A DNA stretch of 63,297 nucleotides, filler included, from Clostridiaceae bacterium (GTDB lineage Bacteria; Bacillota; Clostridia; CAYPLH01; DUMO01), in the NCBI GenBank assembly GCA_012839865.1. It is 3 parts of 3 records of this genome, joined end to end, with 100 filler letters (N's around TTAATTAATTAA, not from the genome) between each part and the next. Parts side by side here need not be neighbours in the genome. Positions count along the whole stretch, not along the records: positions 19,278 to 46,874 come from DUMO01000046.1; 2 more parts are not named here. One strand, 5' to 3'. Both the position numbers and the translations under genes were made by a program. The notes under the pieces were generated by a model, which was given only the letters and a program-made list of their open reading frames with translations, was not told the DNA's origin and made no database searches. Shown here in pieces: positions 30,721-40,333 of this stretch; position 1 is the stretch's first letter; every line of letters begins with the position of its first letter.

Positions 30721-31449
30721 TTAAATCTGATATCCAATTCCCCGTACTGTTTTTATAATTTCAGGGTTTTGAGGGTCATCCTCGATTTTACTTCTCAATC
30801 GCTTTATGTAAACTGTAAGCGTATTATCGTTTACAAAATCCCCGGAAACATCCCAAATGCTTTCCAGCAGCATGTTTCTTGTCAAAACACGTCCCTCATT
30901 GTTTATCAGTGTAAGAAGAAGACGGTACTCCAATGCTGTTAAAAACACGTCTTTACCGTTTTTTCTGACCTGACCCTTTGTGATGTTCACCGTAACATTT
31001 CCATACTGGACAATAACATCACCCTGGGATGCCCTGTTGCTTCTTCGCAATACACTCCGGATTCTTGACTGCAGTTCCCGTATTCTGAAAGGCTTGGTTA
31101 TATAGTCGTCCGCTCCTATGTCCAGCCCCATGACTACGCTTCCCTCATCATCCCTTGCTGTCAGGAAAATAACAGGTGTATCACAGCTTTCTTTAATCCT
31201 TCTGCATATATCAAAACCGTTTCCGTCGGGCAACGAAATATCAATCAAAGCCAGGTCAAACAGATTTTTTGATATAGCAGATAAAGCGGAAGCTGCATCA
31301 TAACATAACTGAACCTCAAATCCTTCCTGTGCAAGAGAATATTCAAGGCCAATGGCAATTGCCGCATCATCTTCCACAAGCAGAAGCTTTGGCTTGTCCT
31401 CATTTATTTTGTTTGATATATTGCATTTTTTAAAGTTCTCCAAACTCAC
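30721..31449 (-). CDS. OmpR-family response regulator
   Basis: LLLVEDD, DISLPDGNG, GADDYITKPF, LTVYIKRLRSKIE, TVRGIGY. Confidence 0.92.
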   Translation of the reverse strand: MSLENFKKCNISNKINEDKPKLLLVEDDAAIAIGLEYSLAQEGFEVQLCYDAASALSAISKNLFDLALIDISLPDGNGFDICRRIKESCDTPVIFLTARDDEGSVVMGLDIGADDYITKPFRIRELQSRIRSVLRRSNRASQGDVIVQYGNVTVNITKGQVRKNGKDVFLTALEYRLLLTLINNEGRVLTRNMLLESIWDVSGDFVNDNTLTVYIKRLRSKIEDDPQNPEIIKTVRGIGYQI

Positions 31450-32208
31450 CTTTCAACCTGACCTCCGTTATTGGGAAATATGTTTTTCATAAAGTAGATA
31501 TGATTACTGTACATTAAGATTATTATACTTCATGTCGGAATTAGTTTATATGTCTTGCTGGAAAATTTTAATAAGAACTAAGCCGTATTGCCCTCTCTCG
31601 ACCCAAAATACATGCATTGGCACCCGGTAAAGCAACCATTTAATTACAACATAACATCATTATGTAATAATGTACATATATATTGTACATTATTTTTTCC
31701 AGGTATTTTACTTCAAATTTTTCTTGCGCTATGTATTGTCCATGTGTTATATTATTGAAAATAAATTTTTTGAGCCAATTTGCTGTTACTTTTCCGGTGC
31801 AGTGTGGTATGACTCCTTCAGGAGGAAGAAAAGTGTTTCCTCAGACATCTTAGGCACCTTTGGCTTGATTAATTATTACTCCTGCCCGGCCGGTATTCAA
31901 TTTTTGAAACCGGACTTGGTTTGGATCATTTTAAGCAAAACTTAATTCGACTTATATCCCTTTGGGAATAAGAACGGAGGTTGATTTTCATGTTTATCCT
32001 TTACTCACCATAAAGCGCGTTCTATGCGCAGAACTATTCTGATTTTGCGCTATTTTCCATTTGTTTTTATATCGGATTTTTTTTGAAAAACATCATTGTA
32101 ATGCATAATGTTTTTCATTATTTTAGTTTAACTTTGGTGTTAAGGACAAACTATGTTTGTCTCATGCTTTTTGCATAAACAATTATATTGTGTATTGGAG
32201 GGTTTAAA

Positions 32209-33867
32209 GTGACTAATCAGAAAAAAAATGAACATATATTTGCAGGAATAGATCAATTATCATTAAGAAGCCTTATAATTGGTGCTATGGGGTCAGCTGT
32301 TATAACTGCCAGTTCAATGTATATAGCGCTCCGATTAAGCGCGCTGCCCTGGCCCATAATCTTTGTATCCGTGCTTTCAATGGCATTGTTGAAGGCACTG
32401 GGAAAGACTACACTAAATGAAATAAACATTACACAAACCTCCATGTCTGCAGGTTCAATGGTTGCCGGGGGACTGGCCTTTACCCTGCCGGGGCTTTGGA
32501 TGTCAGGAATATGGGAGGGCGAAGGCCTGATTTCGGAGCATTTGTGGAAAGTCATTGCTGTTGCTTTGGCCGGCACTATTTTAGGAACGGTACTGACATG
32601 GTTTCTGCGCCCAAAGTTTGTAGAACGGGACAATTTGCCTTATCCTATAGGAATGGCGGCTGCTGAGACAATATCCGCAGGTGACAAGGGCGGGAAAAAA
32701 TCTGTCGTACTCTTTGGAACAATGGCCTTTTCTGCACTCTTCACCTATCTACGGGACAACCTGAAAGTAATTCCTTCGTTAATTCAGTCTCAATGGCTGA
32801 TATCAAGAAACTTCTTTGTTTCCGTATGGGTATCTCCCATGGCCGGTGCAATAGGCTATCTGATAGGTTCCCTTTATACCATGGTATGGTTTATAGGAGC
32901 AGTATTGTCCTATGTGATAATAATTCCTTTTGGTCCCGCATTGGGTGTTTTCGAGTCAGTTGATGCTGCAACCTCATTTGCCCAAACCGCCGGTATAGGC
33001 CTGATGGTGGGAACAGGCCTGGGAGTTGTCATATCCTTTGTTGTTGCATTTATAAAAAAGCAAATTGGCAGCAAAAGTGAAACAAAGGCAAGTCTGGGTA
33101 AAAGCGACAAACCGAAATCAAACAAAACAACTTTGCTTACTGTTATAGCCATAGGTATTTCTTTTGTATTATCCGTTGTTTGCGGTTTGGGTCCTGTTGC
33201 TTCAATACTTTTGATTATAGGGGTATTCATTGTATCTGCCATGGCTGCCACATTAACCGGTGAAACCGGCATTAACCCAATGGAGATTTTTGCAATTATT
33301 GTACTTCTTGGGATACGCCTTTTAGTAAATCTTGATGCTGCCTCAGCTTTTTTTGCTGCAGCTTGCGTGGCGGTCGCCTGCGGATATGCGGGAGATCTTC
33401 TCAACGACTACAAAGCCGGTCATGTCATCGGTACAAACCCGGTAGCCCAGTTGATATCACAGGTTGTTGGCGGTATTATCGGATCGGTGGTTGCAGCCAT
33501 TGTAATGTTTGCAGTTATCGGCCGATTCGGAGGAGTAGGTCCTGGAACAGAGCTTTCTGCAGGCCAGGCGTATGCGGTCAGCCAAATGGTAAATGGCATT
33601 GGGAACCCTCTTGTGTTTGCTATAGCTGCTATAGCAGGGGTGCTTTTATATCTCCTCAAGGTTCCGGCCATGACTCTTGGAATAGGCATGTATCTACCAT
33701 TTTACATTTCTTCCGCCGTGGTTATTGGTGGTGTGGTAAGGTTTATTCTTGACCGTATACGTCCGCAATCCCAAAATACCGGAAATGTTGCTGCATCAGG
33801 AATTTTTGGCGGTGAAGGAATTGCCGGAGTTACAGATGCCATTATAAAAATGATTATAGGAGGCTAA
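32209..33867 (+). CDS. OPT/YSL-family oligopeptide transporter
   Basis: QLSLRSLIIG, EINITQT, LPYPIG, GDLLNDYKAG and GIFGGEGI motifs; GTG start 32209 behind GGAGG. Confidence 0.8.
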   Translation: MTNQKKNEHIFAGIDQLSLRSLIIGAMGSAVITASSMYIALRLSALPWPIIFVSVLSMALLKALGKTTLNEINITQTSMSAGSMVAGGLAFTLPGLWMSGIWEGEGLISEHLWKVIAVALAGTILGTVLTWFLRPKFVERDNLPYPIGMAAAETISAGDKGGKKSVVLFGTMAFSALFTYLRDNLKVIPSLIQSQWLISRNFFVSVWVSPMAGAIGYLIGSLYTMVWFIGAVLSYVIIIPFGPALGVFESVDAATSFAQTAGIGLMVGTGLGVVISFVVAFIKKQIGSKSETKASLGKSDKPKSNKTTLLTVIAIGISFVLSVVCGLGPVASILLIIGVFIVSAMAATLTGETGINPMEIFAIIVLLGIRLLVNLDAASAFFAAACVAVACGYAGDLLNDYKAGHVIGTNPVAQLISQVVGGIIGSVVAAIVMFAVIGRFGGVGPGTELSAGQAYAVSQMVNGIGNPLVFAIAAIAGVLLYLLKVPAMTLGIGMYLPFYISSAVVIGGVVRFILDRIRPQSQNTGNVAASGIFGGEGIAGVTDAIIKMIIGG

Positions 33868-33880
33868 AGGGGGCATTGGT

Positions 33881-34726
33881 ATGGATAAGATAATTGGTAT
33901 TGATATCGGAGGCAGCACGACAAAAATAGCAGGGTTTTATAATGGCCAGATTGTCAGCCCTCTTCTTGTCAGAGCAACAGACCCGATAGCATCTGTATAT
34001 GGTGCCTTTGGAAAATTCCTGAATATAAACGGGCTCTCAATATCCGATATTAAGCGGGTCATGGTGACCGGAGTAGGTTCATCATATATCACAGACAGGA
34101 TTTACGGCATACCTACGGGAAAAGTTGACGAGTTTAACGCCATAGGCATGGGTGGCTTGTTTTTATGCAAGCTTAAAAAAGCTATCATAGTTAGCATGGG
34201 AACAGGTACGGCTTTTGTCATTGCAGACAATAAAACTGTAAAGCACATTGGAGGGTCTGGTGTCGGAGGAGGCACTCTCCTGGGGCTTTCCAGCAAAATG
34301 CTTAATGTACGTCATTTTCAGGACTTGATTGAAACTGCCCGGGGAGGCAATCTTGCCAACATAGACCTTCGGATTGGCGACATAACCAGCGATGAGCTTG
34401 TCGGACTGCCACCTGAAACTACTGCATCCAACTTCGGTAAAATCAGCGATCTTGCAACACCCGCAGATTATGCTCTGGGCATAATAAACCTTGTCTTCCA
34501 GACAATTGGGATGCTGGCTGTGTTTGCTACAAAAATGAATGGTATAAATGACGTGGTTTTAACCGGCAATCTTACAAATGTTCCGCAATCAAAAGATATT
34601 TTTGAAGAATTGAAAAAATTGTTCGGAGTTAATTTTATAACACCTGAAAATGCTGAATTTGCAACCGCTGTAGGTGCTGCCATCTGTTTTAATGAAAACC
34701 TGCCATTTAAGGAAATAAAAAAATAA
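33881..34726 (+). CDS. Type II pantothenate kinase (Fumble/ASKHA fold)
   Basis: IGIDIGGSTTK, DEFNA, IIVSMGTGT, GGSGVGGGTLLGL, DLRIGDI, ASNFGK. Confidence 0.8.
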   Translation: MDKIIGIDIGGSTTKIAGFYNGQIVSPLLVRATDPIASVYGAFGKFLNINGLSISDIKRVMVTGVGSSYITDRIYGIPTGKVDEFNAIGMGGLFLCKLKKAIIVSMGTGTAFVIADNKTVKHIGGSGVGGGTLLGLSSKMLNVRHFQDLIETARGGNLANIDLRIGDITSDELVGLPPETTASNFGKISDLATPADYALGIINLVFQTIGMLAVFATKMNGINDVVLTGNLTNVPQSKDIFEELKKLFGVNFITPENAEFATAVGAAICFNENLPFKEIKK

Positions 34727-34736
34727 ATATAAAACT

Positions 34737-34768
34737 GCAGTCCGTTGCTAAAGCGGGCTGCTTTTTTT
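34737..34768 (+). terminator. Intrinsic terminator of the OPT-PanK operon
   Basis: GCAGTCCG/CGGGCTGC stem followed by T7. Confidence 0.75.
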
Positions 34769-34922
34769 ATTTTTATGGTATTGCATGGCATGAATACCTG
34801 AGTGTCATAAAAACACAAAGTTTTAACAGGTGTATGGTTGCATTTAAGGAAGTTTTGTCACCTATTTTATGTTGAAGCATAAAATAGGAGTAGACATAAA
34901 TTTTTCAGGGAGGTTCTATCAT

Positions 34923-35384
34923 ATGAGAGATGATTCATATATGCCTTTTATGCAAATGATGAACATGCCAAACCAATACGCACCTATGATGACAATGGCT
35001 GAAGAAAATCTTGAAAACATGTATCCCAAAATCTACCATATTGTTAACCCTGTTTGTGATATGGAATGTGAGAATTTGAACATGAAAAAGGGTGAAATGT
35101 ATACCCCGTCAAGAGAAGAGCTTGAAAAAATGGTAGATTCAGTATATAACCGGGTAGAATCAGAAGTAGAGGCAGAAGTCACAAAAATGGAAAACCAGGA
35201 AAACAGGCAGCTTGGTTTTGGCGGCAGACGGCTTCTCAGAGACCTTATAAGCGTACTCCTTATCAGAAGACTTCTTCGCAGAAGACCGTTTTTCCCCGGG
35301 TTTGGCTTCCCCTTTGGCGGATTCGGACCAGGATTTGCACCTGGATTCAGGCCGTGGTGTGGTTTTGGAAACTACCCCTACTGA
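34923..35384 (+). CDS. Hypothetical clostridial protein, probably spore-coat associated
   Basis: LENMYPKIY, LRDLISVLLIRRLL and a Gly/Phe/Pro-rich tail; ATG 34923 behind GGAGG; lies next to spoVM. Confidence 0.55.
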   Translation: MRDDSYMPFMQMMNMPNQYAPMMTMAEENLENMYPKIYHIVNPVCDMECENLNMKKGEMYTPSREELEKMVDSVYNRVESEVEAEVTKMENQENRQLGFGGRRLLRDLISVLLIRRLLRRRPFFPGFGFPFGGFGPGFAPGFRPWCGFGNYPY

Positions 35385-35644
35385 TATACAAAGCAAGAAA
35401 ACTCCCTTAGGTTTGAGAACGGTTGAAAATATTTTTTTGCACAAATCCAAACCTCACAGGACACTGTTATTTTTCAGCATGAAAAAGTTATCATTCCGGC
35501 ATACCTTGGCGCAAGTTTGCAGGGAAAAAACATCCCTGCTTTTTTCACAGGACAACCCTTCATATTCTCTGTACAAAAACATTCACTAAAAAAAATTTTA
35601 TGAATATATTAGTAATGATAGAGCTTTAATGTGGAGGGAGTGTT

Positions 35645-35719
35645 ATGATGAAAATAGTTGTTGTCAAGTTGCCCAGGTTTTTAAGCAGAATAATAAAAAA
35701 GGTATTTAGAATCGGATAA
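35645..35719 (+). CDS. spoVM: Stage V sporulation protein M (small amphipathic helix), missing from the ORF track
   Basis: (M)MKIVVVKLPRFLSRIIKKVFRIG with the KLPxFL core; GGAGGG RBS; convergent with rpmB as in Bacillus subtilis. Confidence 0.85.
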   Translation: MMKIVVVKLPRFLSRIIKKVFRIG

Positions 35720-35929
35720 AACAATAGAAATTTATATGCTGCTGCAGCAAAGCTACATATAAAAATTACAACAACCTTGCCAAAGAGCGATTGCCACGCC
35801 TGATTTCTGTTTAATAAAAGGTTTTTATTTCTTTGCGGCTGATTTTTTGTTGGAAATATAAAATAAACCTGGGGTATGCCCACAGGTTTTACTGTTGAAT
35901 CAGAATTTCATAAGCCTGTAAAAAGCCAA

Positions 35930-35952
35930 AACCTCCGGCTATACCGGAGGTT
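35930..35952 (-). terminator. rpmB terminator
   Basis: AACCTCCGG/CCGGAGGTT 9-bp stem followed by a T-rich run on the minus strand. Confidence 0.7.
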
Positions 35953-35969
35953 ATCAATTTTCGGATTTA

Positions 35970-36158
35970 TTAAACTGCACGGGTAACTTTATTTGAACGT
36001 AAACACCTCGTGCAAACGTTGGCTTTCTTAACAGACCCGTTAATATTAATCTTAACTTTTCTTACATTTGGCTTCCATGATCTGTTTGTCTTTCTTACCG
36101 AGTGGCTCACATTGTTTCCAAACTTGGTTTCCTTGTTGCATATTTCACATTTTGCCAT
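35970..36158 (-). CDS. rpmB: 50S ribosomal protein L28 (zinc-binding, CxxC-containing form)
   Basis: MAKCEIC...GNNVSHS.RKTNRSWKPN...VCTRCLRS; AGGAGG RBS. Confidence 0.97.
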   Translation of the reverse strand: MAKCEICNKETKFGNNVSHSVRKTNRSWKPNVRKVKININGSVKKANVCTRCLRSNKVTRAV

Positions 36159-36302
36159 ATTGCGCACCTCCTCCTTGGCGGCGTATAACTGATTTATTTA
36201 AAGTTATTATTTACTTCCGATCAAAACAAATAATATTCTAACACATAAGTAGTTTCATATGCAAGCTTTTTTGACATTTTCTCATAAAAGACTGTCTGAC
36301 TT

Positions 36303-36362
36303 AAATGCAATGTATGCAGAATATAACATGGCATTTATTATTATTCTGCATGCATTGCATTT
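36303..36362. repeat. 21-bp near-perfect inverted repeat between divergent rpmB and recG
   Basis: AAATGCAATGTATGCAGAATA / TATTCTGCATGCATTGCATTT, one mismatch, 18-nt loop, T-run after it on the + strand. Confidence 0.7.
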
Positions 36363-36508
36363 TTTCAACTACGTGATTATTAATGCTATTTATAGGTCTG
36401 GCTTGATACGTTTTTATTTGGCAATGATTATGGTAAAATAAATTTGTAGTTAATACTGTAATATAACATTTATACCGTGAAACATTTGAAAGGAACCTTA
36501 AGATTGCC

Positions 36509-38584
36509 ATGCAATTGAAAGTTTCAAATATTTTTGAAAAACCCATCAGATATTTAAAAGGTGTTGGCGAAGAAAGGGCAAAACTGTTTGCTAAACTTGG
36601 AATTTATACTGTGGAAGATGTTATTACACACTTCCCCAGGGATTATGAGGACAGAAGAACCATAAAACCCATTGCCGTCCTTTTTGACGGTGAAGCATGC
36701 TCTGTGGAAGGTACTGTTTTATCAAAAGTGCAGGTATCAAGGCCACGGAAATCCCTGGCCATATATAAATTGCAAGTGCGTGACAATACCGGTATTTTAA
36801 CAGTGACCTGGTTCAATCTTCACTATATCAAGAATGCCTTCAAGCCAGGGGAAACTTATTTGTTTTATGGAAAAGTAAACAGGAAATTCAATTATATTGA
36901 GATGTTGAACCCCGTATATGAGAAAAAAGATGAGGAAATGCAAAATATGTGCTGCATTGTCCCCATATATCCTTCAACAAAAAACCTTACCCAGAACATC
37001 ATCAGAAAGGTTATCCGCACCGCCCTGGACAGCATAGACAACACCATCCCGGACCCCCTTCCGGAATGGATAAGAAGCAAATACCACTTAAGCGAGATAA
37101 ACTACTGCATCCAAAATATACATTTTCCACGCAGTGAAGAGGATTTCCGCAATGCAAGATACAGGCTTGTATTTGAGGAATTGCTTCTCTTTCAGCTTGG
37201 GCTTCTTGCAACAAAGCATTCCATAGACTTTGATAAGCCTGGTATAGCTTTTGGTTCCCATATAGAAGAAATTGATTCTTTCATCAGGGGTTTGCCCTTT
37301 GAACTGACCCGGGCTCAGAAAAGGGTTATTCAAGAGGTTTCAAAGGATATGGAAAGCTCAAAGGTTATGAACCGCCTTATTCAGGGCGATGTGGGATCAG
37401 GAAAAACAATTGTTGCCGTTATAGCTCTGTTTAAAGCTATAAAAAGCGGTTATCAGGGTTGTCTGATGGTTCCGACGGAAATACTTGCCGAGCAGCATTA
37501 CAACTCAATCAGTTCACTTGTTTCCCATTATGGAATAAATGTCGGGCTGCTGACAGGAAGTATAACAAAAAAGCAAAAAGAAGAACTGATTACCAAAATC
37601 AATTCAGGCGAAATAGATATTGTAATTGGTACCCATGCCCTCTTGGAAGACAATGTAACCTTCAAGTGTCTTGGACTTGTGATAACAGACGAGCAGCACA
37701 GATTTGGAGTCCGCCAAAGGGCCTTGCTGTCCCGGAAGGGAGAAAACCCGGATGTTTTGGTTATGACTGCAACTCCTATCCCGAGGACCCTTGCTCTTAT
37801 TCTTTATGGTGATCTTGATATTTCGGTGATAGATGAGCTTCCTCCCGACAGGAAGCCTGTAGATACATATGTTGTACAGGAGAACATGCGGAGCAGGATA
37901 AACAATTTTATCAGAAAAAAGGTTAATGAAGGCAGGCAGGTCTACATCGTATGCCCTCTTATAGAAGAATCGGAGGCTATAGATGCAAAGTCTGCCATGG
38001 ATATGGCGGAGCAAATAGCAAATGTGGATTTTCCAGACCTTAGGACAGCATTAATCCATGGCAAAACCAAACCCAAAGAAAAAGAAGAAATTATGAGAGA
38101 CTTTATTAACGGGAAAACAGACATACTGGTATCGACTACAGTAATTGAAGTCGGTGTAAATGTTCCAAATGCCTGCATCATGGTAATAGAAAACGCCGAG
38201 CGGTTTGGACTGGCACAGCTTCATCAGCTTCGCGGAAGAGTAGGCCGTGGTAAGCACCAGTCATACTGTATCCTGTACAGTGAAGGCAAATCCGAGGTCT
38301 CAAAAGAGCGGCTGGCAGTTCTGCAAGAAACAAATGACGGGTTTGCCATATCGGAAAAGGATCTTGAATTGAGGGGACCCGGTGATTTCTTCGGAACCCG
38401 CCAGCATGGCCTTCCGGAGCTTAAAATTGCAAATCTTTATAAAGACATGGATGTGTTAAAAAGCGCACAAGAAGCCGCCCTGACTCTTCTTGAAACTGAC
38501 AGGTTGCTGGAAAGCAAGGAAAATAGCGTATTGAAGGAAAAAATTATGAAGAAGTTCAATCGGAAGGACTTGAGTTTCAATTAG
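36509..38584 (+). CDS. recG: ATP-dependent DNA helicase RecG
   Basis: QGDVGSGKT, DEQHRFG, MTATPIPR, HQLRGRVGRG, DLELRGPGDFFG. Confidence 0.97.
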   Translation: MQLKVSNIFEKPIRYLKGVGEERAKLFAKLGIYTVEDVITHFPRDYEDRRTIKPIAVLFDGEACSVEGTVLSKVQVSRPRKSLAIYKLQVRDNTGILTVTWFNLHYIKNAFKPGETYLFYGKVNRKFNYIEMLNPVYEKKDEEMQNMCCIVPIYPSTKNLTQNIIRKVIRTALDSIDNTIPDPLPEWIRSKYHLSEINYCIQNIHFPRSEEDFRNARYRLVFEELLLFQLGLLATKHSIDFDKPGIAFGSHIEEIDSFIRGLPFELTRAQKRVIQEVSKDMESSKVMNRLIQGDVGSGKTIVAVIALFKAIKSGYQGCLMVPTEILAEQHYNSISSLVSHYGINVGLLTGSITKKQKEELITKINSGEIDIVIGTHALLEDNVTFKCLGLVITDEQHRFGVRQRALLSRKGENPDVLVMTATPIPRTLALILYGDLDISVIDELPPDRKPVDTYVVQENMRSRINNFIRKKVNEGRQVYIVCPLIEESEAIDAKSAMDMAEQIANVDFPDLRTALIHGKTKPKEKEEIMRDFINGKTDILVSTTVIEVGVNVPNACIMVIENAERFGLAQLHQLRGRVGRGKHQSYCILYSEGKSEVSKERLAVLQETNDGFAISEKDLELRGPGDFFGTRQHGLPELKIANLYKDMDVLKSAQEAALTLLETDRLLESKENSVLKEKIMKKFNRKDLSFN

Positions 38585-38688
38585 GATATCTCGCCCCTGG
38601 AACTCAATTGGATTTTAAATTTTATGCAAGCTTGATTTTCAATTGACAAGTTTCGTATACATACAAAAAGTCTTGGGAGGTAATTAAT

Positions 38689-39252
38689 ATATTACGTGTT
38701 ATTGCAGGTACAGCCAAAAACCACAGGCTGAAAACCGTTAAGGGTATGAATACAAGACCTACATCTGAAAAAGTAAAAGAAGCCTTGTTTAATATATTGC
38801 GGAACCACATGCACGAGGCTGATGTTCTGGATTTGTTTGCCGGAACCGGCAGCCTCGGAATAGAAGCTTTGAGCAGGGGGGCAAAAAGCGCGGTATTTGT
38901 CGATATAAACGGTGAAGCAATATCGGTTATACGGGATAATCTTACGCACACAAAACTTATGGATAAAGCCGAAGTATACCGGACTTCATGGGACAATGCA
39001 ATTTCCAGGCTGCAAAATGTCCGGAAATTTGATATTATTTTTCTGGATCCCCCATATGGTAAAAATTTTATTCATCGGGCATTAAATTCTATATCAAATA
39101 GTGGTATAATAGAGGACAATGGTATTATAGTTGTTGAACGTCATAAAACCGATAAACTCCAGGAAGTTGTCTTAAACTTTGGAATGGTTGACGAACGGCT
39201 GTTTGGGGACACTGTACTTTCATTTTACAAAAAAATAATTGATGAAAATTAA
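38689..39252 (+). CDS. rsmD: 16S rRNA m2G966 methyltransferase RsmD; apparent start is an ATA codon
   Basis: TRPTSEKVKEALF, LDLFAGTGSLGIEALSRG, FLDPPY; the conserved RVIAG segment lies upstream of the first ATG (38746). Confidence 0.9.
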   Translation: MLRVIAGTAKNHRLKTVKGMNTRPTSEKVKEALFNILRNHMHEADVLDLFAGTGSLGIEALSRGAKSAVFVDINGEAISVIRDNLTHTKLMDKAEVYRTSWDNAISRLQNVRKFDIIFLDPPYGKNFIHRALNSISNSGIIEDNGIIVVERHKTDKLQEVVLNFGMVDERLFGDTVLSFYKKIIDEN

Positions 39253-39273
39253 CTGCTGAAAGGAACGGATAGA

Positions 39274-39789
39274 TTGAATATTTTTGTTTATCCGGGAAGT
39301 TTCGACCCGGTTACCAACGGACATCTGGATATTATAAACAGAGCGGTAAAAATGTGCGACAAACTCATAGTGGCTGTGTTGATAAACACCAATAAGAAGC
39401 CCACATTTACCATTGAGGAGCGGGTAGATTTGCTGAAAACCGTACTTGCCGGAAGACCGGACATAGAAATAGTAAGTTTTTCAGGTCTTACGGTTGACCT
39501 TCTGAAAAAATGCAATGCCCGTGTAATAGTTCGTGGGCTCAGGGCTATTTCTGATTTTGAAAATGAATTCCAAATGGCTTTAATAAATAAAGAGCTTGCT
39601 CCGGATATAGAAACTATTTTTATGATGACCAGCATAAATTACACATATTTGAGTTCCAGTGCAATCAAGGAACTCGCAATCAACAATGGGGTAATTGACG
39701 GTATGGTGCCTGATTGCATAAAGGGTAAAATTTTAGAAAAATTCAGGTATAAACAGGGGGAAAGCAATGGAAATTTATTCAATACTTGA
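39274..39789 (+). CDS. coaD: Pantetheine-phosphate adenylyltransferase
   Basis: [38 protein letters not shown] start. Confidence 0.96.
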   Translation: MNIFVYPGSFDPVTNGHLDIINRAVKMCDKLIVAVLINTNKKPTFTIEERVDLLKTVLAGRPDIEIVSFSGLTVDLLKKCNARVIVRGLRAISDFENEFQMALINKELAPDIETIFMMTSINYTYLSSSAIKELAINNGVIDGMVPDCIKGKILEKFRYKQGESNGNLFNT

Positions 39790-40204
39790 AACATTGGAAG
39801 ATTTAATTGAGAAAAGCCCAGGTTTGCCTTTATCCGGCAAGTGTATTGTTGACCGGGAGGAAGTTCTTGAAATTATTAAAGAGACCAGGCTCAAGCTTCC
39901 GGATGACTTGAAGCAGGCAAAATGGATAAAAGAGGAAAGACAAAGAATATTAATGGAAGCTCAAAAAGAAGCCAACTCAATAATAAAAAACGCCGAAAAC
40001 AAAATTTCTTCGCTTATTAATGAGCATGAAATAACCAAAAAGGCATATGAGCAGGCTAACGAAATTATTGCAAATGCACAGAAAAATGCCCGTGAAATAC
40101 GTTTAGGCACAAAAGAATATGCAGACAGCATCCTGAATAAAGTAGAAGAAATACTGAAAGACACCCTTGATGTAATCAAACTGAACCGGGAAGAACTTAA
40201 ATAA
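39767..40204 (+). CDS. Conserved coiled-coil protein (often annotated ATPase subunit-like) cotranscribed with coaD
   Basis: Overlaps the coaD end; A/E/K-rich heptads; [11 protein letters not shown] motif. Confidence 0.7.
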   Translation: MEIYSILETLEDLIEKSPGLPLSGKCIVDREEVLEIIKETRLKLPDDLKQAKWIKEERQRILMEAQKEANSIIKNAENKISSLINEHEITKKAYEQANEIIANAQKNAREIRLGTKEYADSILNKVEEILKDTLDVIKLNREELK

Positions 40205-40333
40205 TCCAATGCGCTTTATATGCTCTCTTTATATGTTCTATTATTCTATTCATTCCATGTTAGATTCTTATGCCCTGCATAAGCCACATTCCCTGATTTA
40301 ATACTTCAACCTCGGAAATATCCTTATTGCCTT

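Noticed and set aside
38585..38688. CsfG sporulation sRNA or a SASP gene, expected upstream of rsmD in some spore formers
   Set aside because: The gap is only about 100 bp, with no ORF or recognisable structure.
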